From positions 35,898,001 to 35,962,000 of the forward strand of contig NC_082722.1 of assembly GCF_030144855.1 (NCBI RefSeq): a DNA stretch of 64,000 nucleotides. The letters run 5' to 3'. A model generated the notes under the pieces. The model did not search any database. It was not told where the DNA came from and saw only the letters and a program-made list of their open reading frames with translations. This stretch comes from Hypanus sabinus. Taxonomy: Eukaryota. Made by a program: the position numbers and the translations under genes. This document shows, one piece after another, positions 51,712 to 63,494 of this stretch; position 1 is the stretch's first letter, and the number at the start of each line of letters is the position of its first letter.

Positions 51712-52334
51712 CTGGAAATTGTAATATGAAAAAATTCACTCCACTTATCTAATTAGTCATTGGTACAAACTATAATACTCATCTATTAAACCGTGTTATC
51801 CATAAATATCAATATTTTATTAAAATCACCAAATGTGCACCATTATAAAGGGAGTAGTTGCACTTCATACAGCCTGTGTGATGTTCAGCATTTATTCACA
51901 GCAAAACTAACTAAGGGGTAAATCAGAATTTATTTTCCAGGGTGGAGTGCACAAACTTCAGAAAGTAATACTTTGAGGTTGGACACTGTCTTTTGATAAA
52001 GTTATTTAATTTGCCTCAATACCCTGGCCTTTTAACAGTAACCAGTAAGACTCCTTTCCCCTTTTTTCTATTAATTAACTAATTCCCTTCTGGAAGTTAA
52101 TAATGAAATTGTTTCTACCATTCCTTCACTTAGTATATTTCAGACCATTTCTTCCCAACAATTTCTGAACCATTGTTACTTATCAATATATTTTTTTGAG
52201 AACAAAACAAAAATATTTACCGCCTTAAGATTGTGGGAGCAAAATCTGCTAAAACCAGATAATCATTCACTTTAGTGACAAAACACTGTTAAAGTAGTAA
52301 ATTCAAATTCCAGCAAGTTCATAGAGCTGACTAA

Positions 52335-52740
52335 GCTGTGGACCAATTAGTGGCACTCCCACCAAAACCAGAAAGTTGCAGGTGCAAGTCTCATTGTGGA
52401 GGCCTTAATACAAAATTCGAGACTGAAATTCTGTTGGTATCAGATTGCCCTGCTGAATTTTAGATGAGACATAACCCAAGTCCCCAACTGGTCTCTCAGG
52501 CAAATATTACAGATTCAAAGTCACTATTTTGAGGAACAGCAGGCAAGTGATATTCTCATTGAGCCAATAGTACAAAAATAATTTATCTGGACGTTTTCAC
52601 CATGTTTCAGACTCACCACAGTATGCTGCCATTTCTGCACTAATAGCACTTAAAAAAAAAGTACTTCACTGGAGATACAGTGCTCAGGATGAGCTTAAGG
52701 GGATGTGGAAGTAACTACACAAAGGTAAGTTTTTTTTTGA
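52335..52740 (+). mobile_element. Old Deu-domain SINE
   Basis: ttttagatgagacataacc...tctctcagg...cactattttgaggaacagcagg...atttatctgg...gtacttcactgg. Confidence 0.55.
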
Positions 52741-53360
52741 ACTGTGTAGTACTTAAACCATTTCTTAGACTTAAATATTTCTTTTCTGGAATCCTATTAT
52801 ACTGTCGTTTAGCATAACTGAAGCAAATTTAAAGGGGATGATTTCAACAAGTTGTAAACTCACTATGCGGCCCAAAATATGCAATATCTTTCATGATCAA
52901 ATTAAAATCAGCTTCAGATTTTATCTTCTTTCACATTTTGCTAATCACCTGCATTCAGTCATTTAACAACTACCTGAATTAATGCGTGAGAGTTTGCTCA
53001 CGTACCTCCTCCATTTCCATTCAGCGGCCAATTGCTAGAAATAATGCAAAAACATCACAGAGAAGCTGGGAATACAATTTAATCTCCCAATGGAAAGCAC
53101 AATTAAGCATTTTATTTCCAGAACAAAGCTTCCAGCTCCTCATTAGCCTGTTGTTTTTCCACAAATATATTTTGCAATAAAATTCTTTTCACCCATGAGA
53201 TATACACGGACGCATTTCTACTTGGATTCTTCTTAACTAGCTGTGATATATACATATTCCATGGCTAAATTAAAGTAGCAAGATCAAGCAGAATGTTGAA
53301 TGGCCACTGAATTTAACCCTGAAGTAGAAAATCACATCATTAAAAAAAAGATTTACTTAC

Positions 53361-53416
53361 TAGTTTTTGTACTTAACAAAAAATTCTTCAACATCAGCCA
53401 TATGTCCATTGGCCAC
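53361..53416 (-). CDS. chd9: CHD9 exon (VANGHMADVEEFFVKYKN), chromodomain 1
   Basis: tttgtttag / TA|gtaagt; 56 nt; EEFFVKYKN motif; too short for the ORF track. Confidence 0.95.
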
Positions 53417-54569
53417 CTAAACAAAGAAGCCTTTTGATTAAAATTACTTGTCAACTGTTCATTCAAGAATAAATACAGGCAACCCCGTGTTACGACTGTT
53501 CAGGTTCCAGAAAATCACCTTTATAGAATGCATAATTCTCTACCTAAAATGTAAGGTATGGAATAATATTCACAAAAATCACTCAGAGCATTTGTGAGAA
53601 TAAAAGGTAATTTCCTTCTCCAGTTTTCAGTTGCTGATACGAGTGGATGGTGTGGCTTTGTGCTACAGAGAATTGCAAAATGGATGACGGTTTTCCAGGA
53701 ACCCAACCAAACCTGGAATGAGGGGTTGTCTGCATGGGGAGCTTTATGGGAAAAACACATCCGACAATCAAATTTTTGATCATCCTAAAGGATTTTTCCA
53801 GATACTTCTCAGACTAAAAATGTGGTAAGCACTGTCTTTCTCTCTACTCCCTCTAACTCATGCACGGTTTGATTCACATCACGATACAGGCCAGTCCTGT
53901 TGTCTCCATTCCTTATTTCAAAATGACTTCTATTTTGTCCATCGATCCCTCAAGTGGTCCATATGTCGACCGCCAATCTCGTTGGGCCGAAACATCACAG
54001 ACTTCACTGCCAATGCTCAGACAGTAACAAAGTTTGCTGTGCCATGCTGACATTGTCCCCAACATGAACCACACCTAAAAGCCTTTGACAGCCTGTAAAT
54101 CTATGCTCCTAGCTTTGCCAGCACTAAAAGCTATGAGAGTTACCACTTTTTAATGTCTTTATCATATTTAAAACTATTGTTTGAATAACTCAAATATCAA
54201 AATCTTTAAAATACTATAATAAAGTTAACGAAAACACCTACAAACACCCATAAATAGCCATTAGACTAAAACAAACTAATTAAGAGCCTTCCTTTCTCTT
54301 TACCTTCTAATATCACCCAGAAACCCCAATGAATACAATGTGCAATTTTGCAGTGTAAATGTTAATAAGATCTACAGTAAGATCAGCCTTGATTAACCTC
54401 CCCCCCCCCCCGATGAATCAATCACAACTTCAGCTACTGCAAGTTCAGTAAATCAAAAAAAAACTCACACTTCACTCTGTAGATTGTGGAAGAATAGATA
54501 TTACAAACATTTGTTAAAAGTTAGATACACCAACAGTCAACAGAAGACTACTTCAAACTATTTAACTTA

Positions 54570-55104
54570 CTAAAGCAAAACACAAAATGCTGGAGGAACT
54601 CAGCAGATCAGGCAGCACCTATGGAAATGAATAAACAGTTGATGTTTTGACCGAGACCCTTCATCAGGATTGGAAAGGAAGGGGGAAGATGCCAGAATAA
54701 AACGCTGAGGGAGGGGATAAGGTCAGCTAGAAAGTGATATATGAAGCCACGTGGGTAGGAAAAATAAAGAGCTGGAGAAGAAGGAATCTGATAGTAGAGT
54801 GCACCATAGGAGAAACAGAAAGAGGAAGGGGCCTAGGGGGAGGTGTTAGGCAGCTGAGAAGAGGCCAGAGTGGGAAACAGAAGGAGAGGTGGAAAAATGT
54901 ATTTAGCGGAAGGAGAAATCGATATTTTTGTCATCATGTTGGAGGGAGCCAAACTGAATATCAAGTGTTGCCCCTCCACCCTGAGGGTGACCTCATCTTG
55001 GCACAGCAGGAGGCCAGGAACCGGCACATCAGAATGGGAATTGGCCACCGGGAAGTTCTGTTTTTGGCAGATGGAACACAGTTGCTGGACGAAGTGTTCC
55101 CTCA
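54570..55104 (-). mobile_element. Penelope-like element 3' fragment
   Basis: GLLLCQDEVTLRVEGQHLIFSL (GIY-YIG C-terminal part) plus terminal repeat; TSD ATTTAACTTA at 54560-54569 and 55105-55114. Confidence 0.8.
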
Positions 55105-57002
55105 ATTTAACTTATTGGCAGATTACTAATAGAAAAAGAAGGACCTTTCTGGACATTGCTAAACTCAATAAGCATTAATAACATAAATCACCTAAGCATT
55201 AATAGCATAGCTGCAAAATTATTGTCTAACAATACTGTCTCACATCTTTATCTCAATGAATTTAGAAACACTGGAAGGTTACACCAGTCTAGCAACAGCT
55301 CCAATGTGCCTGGGTGCCTATTATCCTCACAGACACCTGATGGGACTATTTATAGCTGTGAGAAACTTTGTCCAGACTACAGACATTGAGATTGTCAGTC
55401 ACTTCCTGCAGACAAAACGCAACTTGGCTCCAGCCACACAATTGATGCTAGATACAAATCAATTAGAGCTGAAGCTAAAATTTCCTCCTTGTCTAATTTA
55501 ACAATACAGCCATGCAGTTCAACCAAAGAAATATTATGACTTTTTCTCATGGAGATCTTTGTATAAATACTCGTGTTAAGGTAGGTAGAGTAAGTATTTT
55601 CATACAAAAGTCCAGCTGTTTAGAGAGAAATTAATGAGATATTAGTACAGCAGTGCAGAGAAAATTATGGTTGAGTTGTGGTATATTATCGCTGAATTAC
55701 AGAAAATAAATTAAATTGTGCAGAAGTAATATTTATATTCAATAATTGTGATATTTGTTTCTGTGGAATATTAATTTAATAGTTAAATTACCCAAATTAA
55801 AATCCCCTGGTAAACAGCAGTTTACTGCTCTGCTACGCTCAAAATAGCAGAAGGGTCAAATGGGATGCCTTCCTTTATTAGCAAGGCTGGGAATACCAAG
55901 GACTGTGTACTAAAAATGTACATAAGTCATTTACTGCCTGAATTGTGTTCTCCAGACCACAGGAAAGGTAAAAAAATTTGCAGAAACTGGTAATCTGAAA
56001 CAAATGCAGAAAATGACGGTGATACTCTAAAGGTCAAGCAGCATATGTGGAGAGAGAAAAATTAATATTTCATGTCAATGACTTGTCATCAGAAAGAAAC
56101 GTTGGAAATCAAACATTTAAATTGCAAACAATGGGAGTGGAGGTGACCCAGAGAGATTGATTGCAACAAAAATAATTGGCGCCGGCTGGGGGAAGAGGGA
56201 TGAGAACTTGTTAAATGCAGTTGATCTGTCTGGAGGAGATGCAAGTAAAAATGTGAGAAAGCAAAACTAAATATGAGAAATCTGGGAACCTGAAGTAAAA
56301 GAGAATGCCAGAAATACCCAGCAGGTCAAGCAGCATCTATGGAGAGAGAAAAGCTCAGCTAATGTTGCAGGTTGATGACCAAAGATCAAAAGTGGACAGT
56401 TCTGATATAAACTGGCGTCCTAAAACTGAATTCAACGTTGAGCTCTGAGAGCTGCAACATCACTGGTCAAAAGATAAGGTGCTTCTTGACCTTGGGTTTG
56501 GTATCGATGGAACAGTCAAGGATGCCAATGAATAATCAGAGTGCAAGAGAATTGGAGAATTACCATTCTACGCCTGCTGCATGATGGCATGCAAGGCTTC
56601 ATTCTAATGCGTGATCAACCCAGTAGACACAGAAGCCACTAAATGTTCAAAAAGTCAGACCTTACTCTAAATGTGCACAGAACGAAGGTTCTCTAATAAC
56701 CTAATCTGATACATGACATCACTCCCACCCTGACAATAAAGTGCCATGATAAGACTCTGCAAAACACTGGCCATTTTTTTTACATCAAAGGAACCACTTA
56801 GCGAGGAAACATTAATGATGAAAATCACCAGCTCCCCTGCTTTGCCAGCACAGCCTTTGGTTGTCTGAAAAAGAGAGTGAATACCCAGACTACAAACCAA
56901 CACAAAGATTCCCTGCTCTCCTTTATATTCTGTGGTACTTTTCAGTTCTCATTAAAATAACAGGCCTGGAACCCAGCAGTAAAGCATTAATTGCTTCTTT
57001 GT

Positions 57003-57830
57003 CACAAACAAGAGTAAATCTGGAGATGCTGGAAGTCCAAGCAACACACACAAAAAGTACTGGAGGAACTCAGCAGTCTAGGCAGCATCTATGGAAAAGA
57101 TCACAGTTGACGTCTCGAGCCGAGACCCTTCATCAGGACAGGAAAGAAAAGACAAGAAGTCAGAGTAAGTGGAGGGGAGGAGTGGAAGAAACACAAGGTG
57201 ATAGGTGAGACCAGGGGTGGGGAGGGGTGAAGTAAAAAGATTGGAAGTTGGTGGAAGAGTTACAGGGCTGGAAAAAGGGGGATCTGATAGGAGAAGACAG
57301 AAGGCCATGGAAGAAAGAAAAGGGGGAGGAGCACCAGAGGGAGGTGATAGGATGAGGGAGGGAAAAGGGAATGGGGAATTATGGAGGGGCGGGGTGGCCT
57401 TATTGGAAGTTCAAGAAATCGATGTGCACATGCCTGCCTTCACCCCATCCTTCCGCCTCCAACCTGGTTGCATGAACATCGATTTCTTGAACTTCCCCCT
57501 CCCTTCCCTTCACCATTCTCTTGCTTACCTCATCTCCTTACCTGCCCATCACCTTCCATTGGTACACTACCCCCTTGTCTTTCTTCCAAGATCTTCAGTC
57601 CTCTCCTATCAGAGTCCCCCTTCACCAATCAACTTCAGAACTCTTTACCACCCCCACCTCCAGTTTCACCTATCACAGTGTGTATCCTTGTCCCCTCCCC
57701 CCACCTTCTTCCTCTGACTCACCTTTTTCTCTCCAGTCCTGATGAAGGGTCTTGGCCTGAAATGTCGACTGTTTACTCTTTTCCATAGATGCTGCCTGGC
57801 CTGCTGAGTTCCTCCAGCATTTTGTGTGAG
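57003..57830. mobile_element. Penelope-like fold-back insertion (two 3' ends in inverted orientation)
   Basis: inverted arms centred near 57450; 12-bp TSD TTGCTTCTTTGT at 56991-57002 and 57831-57842. Confidence 0.85.
57734..57771 (+). ncRNA. Minimal type I hammerhead ribozyme motif
   Basis: cagtc CTGATGA agg gtcttgg cct GAAA tg TC gactg; stem I cagtc/gactg is perfect; stem III palindrome ACGT mutated to ATGT. Confidence 0.6.
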
Positions 57831-57892
57831 TTGCTTCTTTGTATAAAAATAGTGATCTTTCAAGTACTAGCACTGTACCTTCTGAGTCAGTT

Positions 57893-58188
57893 GCAATGCA
57901 CACAAGTTGCTAGAGGCACTCAGCAGGCCAGACAACGTCTAAGGAAAAGAGTAAACAGTTAATGTTTTGGACCGAGACCCTTCAAGATTGGAAAGAAAGA
58001 GAAGTACTTCTTCCTACGCTCCCCCACCTTCTTACTCTGACTTTCCTCCTTCCTTTCCAGCCCTGAAGAAGCCCAAAATGTCGACAGTTTATTCTTTTTC
58101 CATAGATGCTGCCTGGCCTGCTGAGTTCCTCCAGCAATTTTTGTGTGTGTTGCTTTGGATTTCCAGCACCTGCAGATTGCCTCATGCC
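57893..58188. mobile_element. Second PLE fold-back insertion
   Basis: inverted arms; 12-bp TSD TCTGAGTCAGTT at 57881-57892 and 58189-58200. Confidence 0.85.
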
Positions 58189-58789
58189 TCTGAGTCAGTT
58201 ATCTACTTTATTATCTATCTTCCTTTAATAATCTCAGAGAGCAAAGCAAATATTTAATAAAGAAATCATTACAAGTCATTAAATGTAATCTGTATTAACT
58301 CCCAATGTTCACTTTAACATTTATAATTGGCTTCAAGTTGTTTTGCCTGTAAGGAACACTGCAGGCGATTAGCAAATCCTATAAACCTTTAATAAACTAC
58401 CACACTTAGAAATTTCAAATTTTAAAGTAAAATTATTTCTAAAGACTCTGGTGTGGCCAACTATGATACTCTGCAGATGGCTACCAAACTGAGAAACAAT
58501 GAGCATGTGGCTATAATCCAGAAGAAATGTAATTTCAATTGGAGAGATGTGGCAATAGACTTTAAATATTGCAGTAAGTCCAGACAGAACACTTCACTAT
58601 TCAGACTCTGGACCACCAGATTCAATAGAGTTCAATACACTTAGATATAGGATTGGGATAATTTTAATGACAAATATTAACCAAATAATCCTCACCAGCA
58701 TATAGAATTAAAGCTCTAACAAATGATTAGAAATTAGTAACTTAAGTTGTAAATTTAGACTATAAAATACACAAGATACTCTTTATATA

Positions 58790-59580
58790 TCTGAAATAAC
58801 TTTTGTATCCCCCTTAATATCATTGCTAGCTTACCTTTGCATTCCATCTTTTTCCTCTTTATGAAATTTTTAGTTGCCTTCTGTTGGTTTTTAAAGGCTT
58901 CCCAGTCCTCTAACTTCCCACTAATTTTTGCTGTACTATATTCCCCCTCTTTGGCTTTTACATTGGCTCTGACTTTCCTTGTCAGCTATGGTTGCATCAC
59001 ATTGTCTTTAGAATACTACTTCTTCTTTGGGATTTAGTTATTCTGTGCTCTCTAAATTGCTCCCAGAAATTCCAGACGTTGCTGCACTGCCATCATCCCT
59101 GCTAGTGTCCTCTTTAAATCAACTGTGGCTAGCTCCTCTCTCATGTCTCTGTAATTCCCTTTACTCCACTGTAAGACTGAAACATCTGAATTTAGCTTCT
59201 CTCTTTCAAATTGTAGGGTGAATTCTATTGTATCATGATCACTGACACGAGGGCTCTCTAAGCTCCTTAAGCTCTCTAATGAATTCTGGTTCATTGCACA
59301 ACACCCAGTCCAGAATAGCTGATCCCCTAGTGGGCTCAACCATGTGCTGCTGTCAAAAGTCATCTTGTAGGCATTCTATAAACTCCCCCCTTAGGATCCA
59401 ACACCAACCCGATTTTCCCAATCTACCGGCATATTGAAATCTTAACATTGCCCTTTTTACATGCCTTTTCCATCTACTGTTGTAAATTGCGGCCCACATC
59501 CTGGCCAATGTTCAGAGGCCTGTATACAACTCTCATCAGAGTCCTTTTACCCTTGTAGTTTCTTAACTTTCTACAGATCA
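58790..59580 (-). mobile_element. CR1-type LINE fragment (AP-endonuclease end and linker)
   Basis: VSDHDTIEFTLQFEREKLNSDVSVLQWSKGNY (SDH motif). Confidence 0.8.
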
Positions 59581-59718
59581 TACCTTCCCCAGAAGACAAG
59601 CCAATATTCCAGAAATCTAAACTCCTGTCTCCTGCACCAGTTCCTTGGTTTTTGGTTCATAGTTAATCAACCAAAAACAAGTAAAAATGAGCTATTTCCA
59701 CAATGAAAAGACCCTCAC

Positions 59719-59787
59719 CTCTTTTTTCACTAGTCTTGAAGCCATAATTTTATCCACAATTGCAGCATCTTCTTCACTTGGGTTTTC
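59719..59787 (-). CDS. chd9: CHD9 exon (ENPSEEDAAIVDKIMASRLVKKE), start of chromodomain 1
   Basis: ccccag / GAG|gtgagg; 69 nt. Confidence 0.95.
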
Positions 59788-60572
59788 CTGGGGAAGAGAC
59801 ACAATTCTTAAAACAATATCTAACAGAAAGAGAATTCCATTATATATTCCATCATGATGTAATTTCCAAATAAGTAGGAGAAGTAACATACTAGTTACCC
59901 AAGTATATGACATTAAATTTTAAGGCCAAGTTAGAAGATCAACAATAAATCTTAAATTTAGGTCCAAAACTGCTGGCATTCACCCATCTTTACTCTGTAA
60001 ATATCAAAGCAATTTGAGGATTTTCACACAAACGCTCCCATTTGCAGAAATCCTATTAGTCATTATGCGAAGTCTTTCCAATGCTTTCTTTTGTAATGGA
60101 ATCAAAGGCAATTTCTGAATAAATCCTAAGCAAAGCAATGTCAACCAGTTCTGCTTTAAAATGACTGAGTCACAAAATCAAAGTATGTATTCAATGAAAT
60201 CATCACTGCGTCACAAATAATACAATGCTTTAAAATTAGTTTTTCTGTAGTTCTCTTCATGGATGTTTCAAAATACAAAGTTTGTTTAATCAAGTTAATG
60301 TATTATTTCAGTTTCTACCTTAAACAAGGCATTAAGCATTGACTTACTATTTAACAATTGATAATTTTTGAAAAGGTAATTAAAATTCATTCGTTTTCTT
60401 GATTATGAGAAATTTTAATGTGATTGGCTGCCTAGTCTTTGGGTGTTGAAGATCCACATGAACACTTGACCTTCCATTGTCTGAATACCACAGTGATACT
60501 TTGAATTTATTAAAACTGAAATTAATAGTCCATGCAGTCATTTACAGGCAGATCATAAACCAAAAAGAATCT

Positions 60573-60573
60573 A

Positions 60574-60624
<51 letters not shown>

Positions 60625-60640
60625 ACATACACACACACAC
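60573..60640 (+). repeat. Compound (CT)n(CA)n microsatellite
   Basis: direct reading; merges into the acacacaaa end of a PLE repeat. Confidence 0.95.
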
Positions 60641-61095
60641 AAAGTGCTGGAAGAACTCGGCACGTCAGGCAGCATCTACGGAGAGGAATAAACAGATTAC
60701 GTTTCAGGCTGAAAGCCTTCACTAGAACTGAAAAGGGGGAAGATGCCAGAATAGCAAAATGTAAAATGGTGGGGTGGGACAGAGGAACGAATAAAAGATA
60801 GTAGGTGATACGTGAAGTCAGATTAGGAGAATGCTATGTGGTTTTGGGGGGGGGGGGGAATGAAGTGGGAAGCTAGGAGGTGATAGGTGCAAAAGGACCT
60901 GATAGGGGAGGGGAATGGACAATGTGAGAAAAGGAAGGAGGGGCATATATGGAGGCTATAGGCAGATGAGAAGAGAAGAGGTAAGAGCGGAGCCAAAGTG
61001 GGGAATGGAAAAAGAGAGAAGGGGGAAGAGGGGAGAAATTTCCAGAAGTTAGAGAGATCAATATTCATGCTGTCAGATTGGAGGTTACCCAGAAA
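60635..61095 (-). mobile_element. Penelope-like element 3' fragment
   Basis: MNIDLSNF C-terminal motif, purine-rich tract, terminal repeat with decayed hammerhead (CTAGTGA...GAAACGTA). Confidence 0.75.
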
Positions 61096-61257
61096 GATCA
61101 GTTGTCCCGATCAACAACTTTTATTAGTTAATCCATACTTTAGTCATACTGGCTATATTACTGCAGCATCTGGCTATTTTTATCCAACTTGTTTACATGA
61201 TTTCCACAGCCCTTCAGTCATTATATGTTGCTACAAATGGTTAAAATGGCCTCTCAC

Positions 61258-61407
61258 CACAAATAACTGCACAGGTTGTTCAGCAGGTAGAACTACACCA
61301 GACTTGCTTTTTCCTTTAGCAGCAAGGCCATCATCATCATCAGAAACCTTCATCCCAATGTCTTCATTATATTTCTTTCTTTTTATTTGTCTGTTTGATC
61401 GTCTTTT
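61258..61407 (-). CDS. chd9: CHD9 exon (KRRSNRQIKRKKY...EQPVQLFV)
   Basis: ttttgcag / GTG|gtgaga; 150 nt; KRRSNRQIKRKKY motif of CHD9. Confidence 0.95.
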
Positions 61408-61864
61408 CTGCAAAATTAATTACAATTTTAAAATCAGCATTATAGTCTTTCTATCAGGCAGTTAACAGCCATGAAGCAAACCTGAATAAAAATATTCAGC
61501 ATTTTAAAACAGCTTGAGTTTTCTTTTAAAGGAAATCTCTCTTACATTTCAGCTGACCTACTTTGAAACCAAAATTATTTGTCTTCAAGTCTGAATTCTG
61601 ACTGAAAAGAGTTAATGTTCATGGTTACCTAGGAAACAATTAGCCAGCACACTGGAAATCTCATCAAGATTAGGTCATACCATTTTTTTTGCCTGAGAGA
61701 AAATAAGAAGTTACTTCTGTATAGGTCTGATGAACATTAAGCAAAATAAATGTAGAAAATCAAGGAACAGTATTTGGGCTTGTTTCTTGATTCTGCTATA
61801 TTTTATTTTCTCTTTTTCTCTTCCCTTGTGCTTAACCTTCTCTCAGGCCTTTAATTTCATTCAT

Positions 61865-62075
61865 TCCCACCGCTGCCTGCAAGGGGTTTGTACATTCTCC
61901 ATGTGACCGAGTGGGTTTCCTCACATGGTCCAGTTTCCTCCTGCAGTCCAGAGGCATACCATTTGGTAGGTTAATTGCTCATTGTAAACTGTCCCGTGAT
62001 TAGGGTAGGAGGTTTTGTTGGGTGGTGTGGCTCAAACGTCCAGAAGGGCCTACTCCGTTCTGTACCTTAATAAAT
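61865..62075 (+). mobile_element. HE1-like V-SINE
   Basis: gggtttgtacattctccatgtgaccgagtgggtttcctc...ccagtttcctcc V-domain; CR1-like tail gaagggcctactccg. Confidence 0.75.
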
Positions 62076-62492
62076 ATTTTTTTCATTTATTTCCCCTCAT
62101 GTCCTCTCTTCTGTCCCTCTCAATCACATACACTTCCCTCATCTCTCAATGATGTTTTCCAGCTTTTTTAAAATTTACCATCCATCTCTCTTCCTTTTCA
62201 GATTATTACAGTTCCTCTCTGGGATCCTTCTTCGTCACACCCATTTCCCCATCATCTCATGCTGCCTATTCTTCCTCCAACCACCCTTTCATCTTTATGT
62301 AATTCACTTCTCCCTCTCAGGCTACATTCCTTCCCCAAACCACATTAACTGCCCTTCACCTATCTATTCCAGCCTCTGGTCTATGCTGCAGCCACCACAC
62401 TGCTCACCCCATTTCTATACCTGCTGCTCACTGTGTTAGGCACTTCCTGGGAATGGTTTTGCTTCCCAAAAGCATTATATATTAAACCTTAC

Positions 62493-62679
62493 CTGACATC
62501 CAGTGATGGATTCTTTCTTTATTGATGGAGTGGGAATCTGTTCAGTATCAGATCCTTCTGCTGATAAATCATTCTTTCTTTTCTTTATTGATGGTGTGCA
62601 GATATGCTCAGAGTCCAACTCCTCTGCCGACAAATCATTCCTCCTTTTCTTTTTCTTGCCCAATGTGATTATGATTTTG
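62493..62679 (-). CDS. chd9: CHD9 coding exon, 1st of 23 in window (basic region: KIIITLGKKKKRRNDLSAEE...KKESITGCQ)
   Basis: acceptor ttcaacag, donor CAG|gtaagg; 187 nt (1+62 codons); resembles CHD9 SKIIITLGKKQKRKN; contains a 66-bp internal duplication. Confidence 0.9.
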
Positions 62680-63494
62680 CTGTTGAATAAAACTCCATCA
62701 GGTGAGGATCCAGTCGTATTGAATTAATTACTAATCTAAAACTTGAAGTTATCAAACTATATAAAATAATTCCCTGAGAAATATTTGAAACAGTTTAGGA
62801 AGAGATGAATGGTGAATACAGGCATGCACTGTGTGTTAAATAATGGAAGGCCTTTCCATCTGACACACAGTAAGGACATCACTTTCCCTAATGGTTGATA
62901 CTGCCACATCAGAGTCTTTAAGTTAAAACATCATGAAGTAAATCTTCCAATAGGCCATCATACTGGTCTGCTGATCATGGCACCCATCTTGTGTGGTACA
63001 AGAGACTGCCTGCTAGGTAATACTGCAGCAGTTTAGTGTGGATGTGTTTTCACCAGCTTTATACTTGTCATTTTACTTGCTCGCTCAAATGGTTCATAAT
63101 CAAAAATGGCATGGATTCTTACAGAGAGTGGCCCTTTCATCTGTTTGCTATATTCAAGGGTCATTAGATGCTAGCCTAATACCAAAAAATGGAATGTAAA
63201 ACCAGAAATGGGATAACTCTTAAGACTAATAGGTTGTCTAAAATAATAGTGAATTAGTGAGTCTCATAATTCAACATTTTTTTTTCTTTGATTACATCTC
63301 CAAACAAGTTTCTATCTTGATGAACCACTTTGTTTTCTGTTTTCCAGTTACTTTGCAACCCTTCTGATTTAAGACCTTAACTGAGTGTTAACAGACTGAT
63401 AGAATGGCGGTCTCCAATTCATAACCCAGGTCTGTATGAACCAGGCCAGTGTTGGAAGACTAATGCTTGCTAATCACTATAGAACCAATGTGTA

